A stretch of 25,341 nucleotides of DNA from Planctomycetota bacterium (GTDB lineage: Bacteria; Planctomycetota; GCA-002687715; DRQF01), in assembly GCA_036479435.1 (NCBI GenBank), contig JAZGFI010000205.1:1-25341 (forward strand), written 5' to 3'. Positions 19,558 through 25,341 of this stretch are shown here, in pieces (within the stretch, counting starts at the first letter, position 1; each line of letters begins with the position of its first letter). The notes beneath the pieces were generated by a model. The model was not told the origin of the DNA, did no database searches, and worked only from the letters and a program-made list of their open reading frames with translations. A program made the translations under genes and the position numbers.

Positions 19558-20202
19558 ATGGACAAGGCTATGGGCAGATTGGTGTTGTTGATCGGCACGG
19601 GGCTCTACGGAGCGATGGGCGTTTTGGCCCTGCTTACTTATATTTGGCATGTCGAGGTGTTCGCCTTTGTGACCTTGGGCATCGTCCTCCAGATTGTTTT
19701 GGCCTTGCCGGTCGTAGCCTTTTTGATCGGCAAAGCGAAGATCCCGGTTCTTGATTATGCGAAGTGGTTTTTGGCGGCCATCGTCGCGCTTTCGGTTTCG
19801 GGTTTTCTCGGGGTTCCAAGCGGAAGCTATCGCTACTTCCCCAGCGCCGTCGGTCTAAAGGCCGACGCCAGTTCGATTGAAGCTGGCGACTTGGGCGGTC
19901 GCGAGAAGTTGGAGCTCATGGTTGACCTCGCCGGGGCAGAATCCGACGACGAGAAGAAGGCCATTCGCAAAAAGCTCAAAGCCGTCGATGAGGGTATCTC
20001 GGACGGCGATCGAAAAGACGCCGAGCGTGAACTCGCGGTTCTAAAGGCCAAGGCACGACTTGTCACCGCGGATTCTGATGCGCGCGAGATCGCCTTGTTC
20101 AGTGCAGAGAAGCGCAGTGCGCTCATGCTGTTGGCGGCCTTTATCATGTTTGCGGGGGCCTGGTTGATGAGCCGAGCGGACTCGTCCCGAGAGACTGCAT
20201 AG
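19558..20202 (+). CDS. Hypothetical membrane protein (about 4 TM with a charged helical loop)
   Basis: GGAG RBS; three N-terminal hydrophobic segments, ~95-aa D/E/K-rich region, one C-terminal TM. Confidence 0.75.
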   Translation: MDKAMGRLVLLIGTGLYGAMGVLALLTYIWHVEVFAFVTLGIVLQIVLALPVVAFLIGKAKIPVLDYAKWFLAAIVALSVSGFLGVPSGSYRYFPSAVGLKADASSIEAGDLGGREKLELMVDLAGAESDDEKKAIRKKLKAVDEGISDGDRKDAERELAVLKAKARLVTADSDAREIALFSAEKRSALMLLAAFIMFAGAWLMSRADSSRETA

Positions 20203-20311
20203 GCTCAGAATGTTCGGCGCGGTCTCAGAATCGAGGCCGACCCAAAAATTCTCAAAGCTCTTTTGATGATTTGGCTCCGGGCGGCATCTTTAGCTCGGAG
20301 CCAAAATCTTT

Positions 20312-20833
20312 ATGTCCGAAACAACTCGGGAACTGGTACTCGCGGTCGTGGGAGGCGATGTCCATCGCTTCGCAGAGATCGTCCAGCGCTACGATGTGCT
20401 GGTAAGACGGACGATTGCCCGGGCAGTCTCGGATGGCGACACGCGAGAAGAACTGGTTCAGCAGACTTTCTATCAGGCATTCAAGAATTTGGGCGGACTG
20501 CGCCATCCGGATCAGCTAGAAGCCTGGCTCATTCGGATCGCCGAACGTCGCTTAGCCCAGCACATTCGTGCGGCGAGTCGACGCAGCGCCCACGAAAAAA
20601 ACGCAGCGCGGCCGGTAGAAGAACCGTCTGAACGCCCGACTTGGGTCTGGGAAGAAGCCGCCAGGCTGCCGCCATCACTCGCTGACATTCTTTTTCTTCG
20701 CTACCGAATGGGTTTGGATTACGGCGAGATCTCCGAGCGACTAAGCGTTCCACTCTCGACGGTTCGCGGCCGACTCTACGAAGCGCGTAAGCGCTTGCGC
20801 ACTGAGCTTGAAAAAAGGGGATTGCACCCATGA
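20312..20833 (+). CDS. ECF RNA polymerase sigma factor
   Basis: GDVHRFAEIVQRY, EELVQQTF..AF, AWLIRIA (region 2); LP....ILFLRY..GLDYGEISERLSVPLSTVRGRLYEARKRL (region 4). Confidence 0.92.
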   Translation: MSETTRELVLAVVGGDVHRFAEIVQRYDVLVRRTIARAVSDGDTREELVQQTFYQAFKNLGGLRHPDQLEAWLIRIAERRLAQHIRAASRRSAHEKNAARPVEEPSERPTWVWEEAARLPPSLADILFLRYRMGLDYGEISERLSVPLSTVRGRLYEARKRLRTELEKRGLHP

Positions 20834-23193
20834 ACCACGACTGCGACGTTTTGGAACCCTTGCTCTTTGCTTTCACCGAAGGCGAAGTCAGTGAGGCCGA
20901 GCGATTGGAGATCGATGAACACCTGTGCGGGTGTGCTCGTTGCAGCGAACGCGTGGAAGAGGAAAGGCGCCTAACGACCGCACTTCGGGCAGACCGTACC
21001 CTTTCTCTGCGACCGACAAGGCGACCGCGGCGACGGTGGGGCACCCTCGGTGCCCTCGGCGTGGGGTGTGTCGCAACCCTCGTTGCGGTGTTCATGTTCA
21101 TGGAGCCCTCGGCCTACGGGTCGATCACCCGGAAAAACCTTGACCCCAATTTGGATGTGAGCCAGCAAGAACGGGATCTCGGCCGCTCTAACCATGTGGC
21201 GCTCCCGGCCGGAAGCGCGGCGTCTATCGAGATTGACGGGGTCTGTAGCATCAACGCCACGGGTCCGGTGACTTTTGAGCTCGACAAGGTCGATCAGGGA
21301 TGGAAGCTCACGCTCATCAAGGGTCAGATCCAAGTGACGCGTGAGCAGCCAGCGTCGAAGGTCACGATGGTGGTGGTCAACGCTGCCGGCCGCCATGTGT
21401 TGGATCGCGGCAATCATGTATTCGATGCGGTGGCGAAGGTCGACCAGCCTCCTTCTTTGCAGGCGGCCAGGTTGATGCAACTTGGGTTCGAGGCCTTTTA
21501 TGAGGCCGACGACATGAAGCTCGCGGCCAAGTTTTTACAAGAGGCGGCCGACCACCCCGAGGCCGGCCAGACGCTGCGGGCACAGGCGCTTTTTTATCTT
21601 GCGGCTGCGCAAAGCAACGCTGAAAACCACAAGGAGGCCCTAAAGACGGCAAAGCTCTGGCGCCTAACATCCAATGAGCCCGAGTGCGAGGTCATCAACA
21701 GTATCACGGCGGCGGCAAATTGGGAGCTTGGGCAGCGTAAAGAAGCTGTCGCGTTGTGGGAGCGGATGCTGCGCTTGAACCCCAAGACTCCCTTTAGGCC
21801 GTTCGTGGAAGCGCACTTGGCGCGAGCGAGAAACCTAGAGGCGGAAGGGAGCCCAAAAGCGAGACCAAGGTCGGGCCCCCAAAGGCCCCAAACTTTGGAG
21901 CCCCTCCCGGGAGCCCAGGGCAAGTGGAAGGCCGGCGATGTGATTTGGAGTTTCGACCTGAAGGCACCCTGCTACGGCTCCGCCACGGCCGCCGACATTG
22001 ACGGTGATCAAGATCTTAAGATCGCCTTTGGCACCTACTACAACGACGAGCACCTCTATGTTCTCAATGCCAAGACCGGGAAGTTGGCCTGGCGCAAGAA
22101 GTCAAAAGGTGGCCCTCTCGATGCCTCAGTCTTGATACACGACGTTAACGGTGACGGCCGACTCGAGCTGGTCTGGGGAGACTCCGCCTACGGACGGATC
22201 TATTGCGCCGATAGCAAGGGGAAGTTGCTTTGGACTTACGACGGCCCGAGCGGCACCGATTCGCCTCCCGCAGCGGCCGACCTCGACGGCGACGGGCGGA
22301 TAGAAATTGTCTACGGCACGATGAAAGTCCGTGGCAAGGAGGGTCGTGTCGTGGTCCTGGACGGGAAAAAAGGCACAGAGAAGTGGTCGGTGAAAGTGCC
22401 GGGGCACGTTCAATCCGAGCCCGCTCTGGTCGACCTCAATGGCGACGGCGTCCTCGATATCCTGGTCACCAACTGGATGGGCGATGGCTACTTGCGGGCT
22501 CTTTCGGGGGTAAAAGGCAAAGAGCTTTGGCGCTTCGAGACTTCTGACTGGATTTACCATGGTGTCAGTGTTGCGGACTTTGACCGAGACCAAAAACCCG
22601 AGATTGTCGTCGCCGATCGCAAGGGCAAGGTGTGGCTTCTCGAAGGCGAATCCGGCAAGAAAGTTTGGCACACGAAAGTGAAGGGTGAAAGCGATGGAAT
22701 GGTGTTTGGGCCCACGACTCTGGTCGAAGCCAGGGGCGACAAAGTCCCGGAGATTGTCGTTTGCGGCACCCACGTCCATTTGCTGAACGCAAAGAACGGC
22801 AAGGAAATCTGGACCAAGCGCTTCCAGGGTCGGTCGATCGCCAGGGGCGTTGCCGTTGGAGATTTGGACGGCGACGGCAAAGAAGACTTGGTTTTTGGTC
22901 AGGGCAAAAGCCTGCGAGTGCTGCGGGCGTCCGACGGCAAAGAGCTATGGGCGGCTGAACTCAAAGTCGGCGATCATGTTTGGGAGCACGTCGACAACGC
23001 CCCCCTTATCGACGATTTTGATGGCGATGGCTTTTTGGACGTGTTCATCATCACGGGCAAGGGGACGTCTGACGAATCGAGGCCAAAAAACTACGGCCGC
23101 GCCTATCTGCTTCGCGGAGGTCGCGGCAAAAGCCAAGGCCATCGGCCTTGGCGGACCTTCCGTGGATCGGCACGGCGATTGGGCAGGCGTTGA
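20830..23193 (+). CDS. Putative anti-sigma factor: zf-HC2, TM, FecR-like, TPR-like and FG-GAP/PQQ-like beta-propeller
   Basis: ATGA overlap with the sigma gene. C...EHLCGCARC zinc motif; TM WGTLGALGVGCVATLVAVFMFM; LIKGQI beta region; ALFYLAAA/ANWELG helical repeats; eight Dx(D/N)GDG-type motifs alternating with G...W blades. Confidence 0.82.
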   Translation: MNHDCDVLEPLLFAFTEGEVSEAERLEIDEHLCGCARCSERVEEERRLTTALRADRTLSLRPTRRPRRRWGTLGALGVGCVATLVAVFMFMEPSAYGSITRKNLDPNLDVSQQERDLGRSNHVALPAGSAASIEIDGVCSINATGPVTFELDKVDQGWKLTLIKGQIQVTREQPASKVTMVVVNAAGRHVLDRGNHVFDAVAKVDQPPSLQAARLMQLGFEAFYEADDMKLAAKFLQEAADHPEAGQTLRAQALFYLAAAQSNAENHKEALKTAKLWRLTSNEPECEVINSITAAANWELGQRKEAVALWERMLRLNPKTPFRPFVEAHLARARNLEAEGSPKARPRSGPQRPQTLEPLPGAQGKWKAGDVIWSFDLKAPCYGSATAADIDGDQDLKIAFGTYYNDEHLYVLNAKTGKLAWRKKSKGGPLDASVLIHDVNGDGRLELVWGDSAYGRIYCADSKGKLLWTYDGPSGTDSPPAAADLDGDGRIEIVYGTMKVRGKEGRVVVLDGKKGTEKWSVKVPGHVQSEPALVDLNGDGVLDILVTNWMGDGYLRALSGVKGKELWRFETSDWIYHGVSVADFDRDQKPEIVVADRKGKVWLLEGESGKKVWHTKVKGESDGMVFGPTTLVEARGDKVPEIVVCGTHVHLLNAKNGKEIWTKRFQGRSIARGVAVGDLDGDGKEDLVFGQGKSLRVLRASDGKELWAAELKVGDHVWEHVDNAPLIDDFDGDGFLDVFIITGKGTSDESRPKNYGRAYLLRGGRGKSQGHRPWRTFRGSARRLGRR

Positions 23194-23228
23194 GCATAGG
23201 GCGACGGCTCGGGATGTTGTCAAGGCTT

Positions 23229-23777
23229 CTACTTGAGGATCTTGTAATCCAGGTAGTTGCCGGCAATCTTCAACTTGACCGTCGCGGACTCGCTCTTGCT
23301 GTGGTTTTTGAAGTACCAACCGTGGAGGCCTGCGATGGGAGTTTCGAGTTTTCCGTGGTGAGCCTCTTGGCCGCTTGAGGCGTAACGGAACCAAAAACCC
23401 TTGGGATAATCACCTCTTTCTTGGGGGTGCCCGTGAAAGTCAGCCGCCAGTTTCTCGTTCGCGCAACTCCAGGAGTAAAGCAGGACCGCCCCTTTTTTCA
23501 TGTCGAACATGTACTCGACGTACTTGCCGGGCGCCAATTCGAATTCGAGAGTTTCAAATTTGATAGCGCCGTCGAGGCCCGTGGAAACGGGGGCGCCGAG
23601 AACTTGAATCTTCTTGGGACTGAAACCGTCGAGCTTCAAAAGAGCTTCGTCGGTTTCAGTCTTTTCGATGTTCGCAGGATTTCCGCAGGCGGCGAAAAGA
23701 CCACAAAACAACCCCAATAGAGCCGCAGTCTGAAGAATGAGAAGTGTCTTGGTGTGCAAGGTAAGTCGGTAGGGCAT
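23229..23777 (-). CDS. Lipoprotein with a GOLD-like beta-sandwich and His-containing motifs
   Basis: ATG 23777, hydrophobic core and lipobox LFAA-C. YSW...DFHGHP and G.LETPIAGLHGWYFKN...V.LKIAG.Y match a family I recall as 'transmembrane anchor protein'. Confidence 0.72.
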   Translation of the reverse strand: MPYRLTLHTKTLLILQTAALLGLFCGLFAACGNPANIEKTETDEALLKLDGFSPKKIQVLGAPVSTGLDGAIKFETLEFELAPGKYVEYMFDMKKGAVLLYSWSCANEKLAADFHGHPQERGDYPKGFWFRYASSGQEAHHGKLETPIAGLHGWYFKNHSKSESATVKLKIAGNYLDYKILK

Positions 23778-23937
23778 CTGAAACTCGGCCGGAATGATGG
23801 TGGAGGGGAATCTGTTGCGGATTCTCCTCTTAACTGGCGTTGGCGTCAAGTCCTGATTCGGCCCCCGACCGGTGCGGGCGTGTTACAAATGCCAAGGGCT
23901 CGCGGGCTAGACCTCTTGCCAAACCGAAAGGGAATCC

Positions 23938-24828
23938 ATGAAACTATCTTGCTGCTTCGCTCTGCTTCTCTTCATCGGCGTGCCGAGTCTTGCTCAAAGT
24001 AGGCCGACGAATCGGACCGGGCCTTTGGTGATCGTCGGCGGCGGTGGAACTCCAAGCGCCGTCTTAGACCGAGCCCTGAGCTTGGCGGGGGGCAAAGACA
24101 AAGCACGGGTCTTGGTGTTCGCACAGGCTTCGCGGCTGCCGGACTCCGGCGAGAAAAATCGTCTGATGTGGGCTGGCCGAGGCGCAAAGAACATTGGGGT
24201 TGCTGACTTAGGCAAGTCCCAAAAGACCCTGATCGCGCTTAAGAACTGTGACTTGATTTGGTTCTCAGGCGGCAGCCAGAATCGTCTCATGACGGCGCTT
24301 CGGAAGGCGAATCTCCTTGACGCAATCCGCGCGGCCAACACTCGGGGGGCGGTTGTCGGGGGAACGAGTGCTGGCGCGGCTGTCATGTCGACCCAGATGA
24401 TGACCGGGCAGGCCGCCACCAAAGCGGTCCTCGTGAACGCGACGGAATTGGCGGCGGGCTTGGGGCTAGCTCTGAACACGATCGTCGACCAGCACTTTCA
24501 CGCTCGCCGCCGCTTCAATCGCCTGCTGAGCGCGGTCGCGCAGAATCCGCTTTGCCTTGGCCTGGGTATCGACGAGCGCACGGCCGTCATCTGGAGATCG
24601 CGCGAGGGGCGACTTGAAGTTTTGGGCGAGGGCAGCGTCGCCATCCTTGACGCCAAGGGTGCATCGCGACGCGGTGAAACCGGTAAGCCTCTCCATGTCT
24701 TTGGATTGCGATTCCACAACTTAGTGAGCGGCGATCAGTTCGCTCTCGCTACTCGAGAACTGCTGTCTCCGACCCCAGCCAAGGAAGATCCGACCAAGAG
24801 TCCATCGGGGAAGTCCAAGAAGATCTGA
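23938..24828 (+). CDS. Cyanophycinase-like S51 serine peptidase with signal peptide
   Basis: LVIVGGG, FSGGSQNRL, GGTSAGAAVMS (Ser), VDQHF..R.R..RL (His), GLGIDERTA (Glu). N-terminal MKLSCCFALLLFIGVPSLA-Q signal peptide. Confidence 0.88.
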   Translation: MKLSCCFALLLFIGVPSLAQSRPTNRTGPLVIVGGGGTPSAVLDRALSLAGGKDKARVLVFAQASRLPDSGEKNRLMWAGRGAKNIGVADLGKSQKTLIALKNCDLIWFSGGSQNRLMTALRKANLLDAIRAANTRGAVVGGTSAGAAVMSTQMMTGQAATKAVLVNATELAAGLGLALNTIVDQHFHARRRFNRLLSAVAQNPLCLGLGIDERTAVIWRSREGRLEVLGEGSVAILDAKGASRRGETGKPLHVFGLRFHNLVSGDQFALATRELLSPTPAKEDPTKSPSGKSKKI

Positions 24829-24838
24829 GTTGCTCGGA

Positions 24839-25035
24839 CTAAGATTCTGCAGTTTTGAAGATCGCACGCAATGCGGCGCGCACACGGCTTGGTTTCTTCG
24901 GTGCGGTGCCGTTTCCGCCAGCGCTTATCGCGGCGAGTCGGTCGGCAACCTCTAACATGGAAGCGGGGCGGAGATGACGTTTTTCCTGCAACATCGATCC
25001 GATGAGGTCCGCGATTGCTGCGGGATAGTTCTCAA
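24839..25035 (-). pseudogene. C-terminal remnant of a Ser/Thr protein kinase
   Basis: YPAAIADLIGSMLQEKRHLRPASMLEVADRL resembles Hanks subdomain XI (P..l..li..mL...P..RP.s..ev...L). It begins exactly at the element terminus and has no upstream kinase core. Confidence 0.6.
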
Positions 25036-25232
25036 TGTCAGCAGCCAAGTTGGTCGAGGGCAATTCGACGATTTATCGCCACGCTCTTTGAGGCTTGCTT
25101 GATTTTGAGCCTCATTTATCCTGGCGATCGGCATCCGAGCCATGCCTTTGAAAACCTCGGGGGTCAAAGGGGGCCGGCCCCCTTCTTTCTTCCAGCGCCG
25201 CAGGCGCTGTCGGCAAATTCCGCCTCTTGACA
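25036..25232 (+). mobile_element. MITE-like non-autonomous element, about 197 bp, TGTCA...TGACA ends
   Basis: Second copy at 1..126 fixes the left end. Right end inferred from TGACA at 25228-25232 with an imperfect TIR (TGTCAGCAGCCAAGTTGGTCGA vs TGTCAAGAGGCGGAATTTGCCGA). Internal palindrome AAGGGGGCCGGCCCCCTT (25167-25184) and hairpin CAGCGCC-GCA-GGCGCTG (25193-25209). No TSD visible. Confidence 0.65.
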
Positions 25233-25341
25233 TTTCGATCGCCCGAGCCACAGTGCTGGTGAAACGCGACAGAGGCGACAAGAGTTTGACCATTCCGATA
25301 CAACCCAAGTCTAAGCTTTGGCCGCTCCTATTTGATTTGGA

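Noticed and set aside
21940..23060. Recurring GAC..GACGGCGACGG DNA motifs as a CRISPR or tandem array
   Set aside because: They are codons of the FG-GAP-like DxDGDG protein repeats, degenerate and in frame. No CRISPR array, tRNA or rRNA was recognised in the window.
24952..25308. 118-aa ORF running through the element, similar to frame 1 of the window start, as a possible encoded peptide or transposase fragment
   Set aside because: Similarity merely reflects the DNA repeat; most differences between copies change amino acids, and there are no transposase motifs.

Overview
A 25.3-kb, moderately GC-rich bacterial window; Planctomycetota-like origin is inferred from the protein repertoire, not proven. 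The core is an intact seven-gene reductive pyrimidine catabolic cluster (preT, preA, nitrilase-type beta-ureidopropionase, dihydropyrimidinase, NCS1 permease, CoA-acylating (methyl)malonate-semialdehyde dehydrogenase, class-III aminotransferase). Other genes: ArsR + SRPBCC pair, slyD, a YyaL-like thioredoxin-domain protein, an ECF sigma with a large multidomain anti-sigma, a lipoprotein and a secreted cyanophycinase-like S51 peptidase. The most unusual gene (7393..10197) fuses a ClpA/ClpC-like double AAA+ ATPase to a near full-length RF2-like release-factor fold lacking GGQ. Both window ends carry inverted copies (115/126 identical) of a hairpin-rich, TGTCA...TGACA-bounded MITE-like element of about 197 bp, each abutting a 5'-truncated gene remnant. 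Two further genes are interrupted by stops or frameshifts. All family assignments come from motif recognition by eye; no database searches were run.
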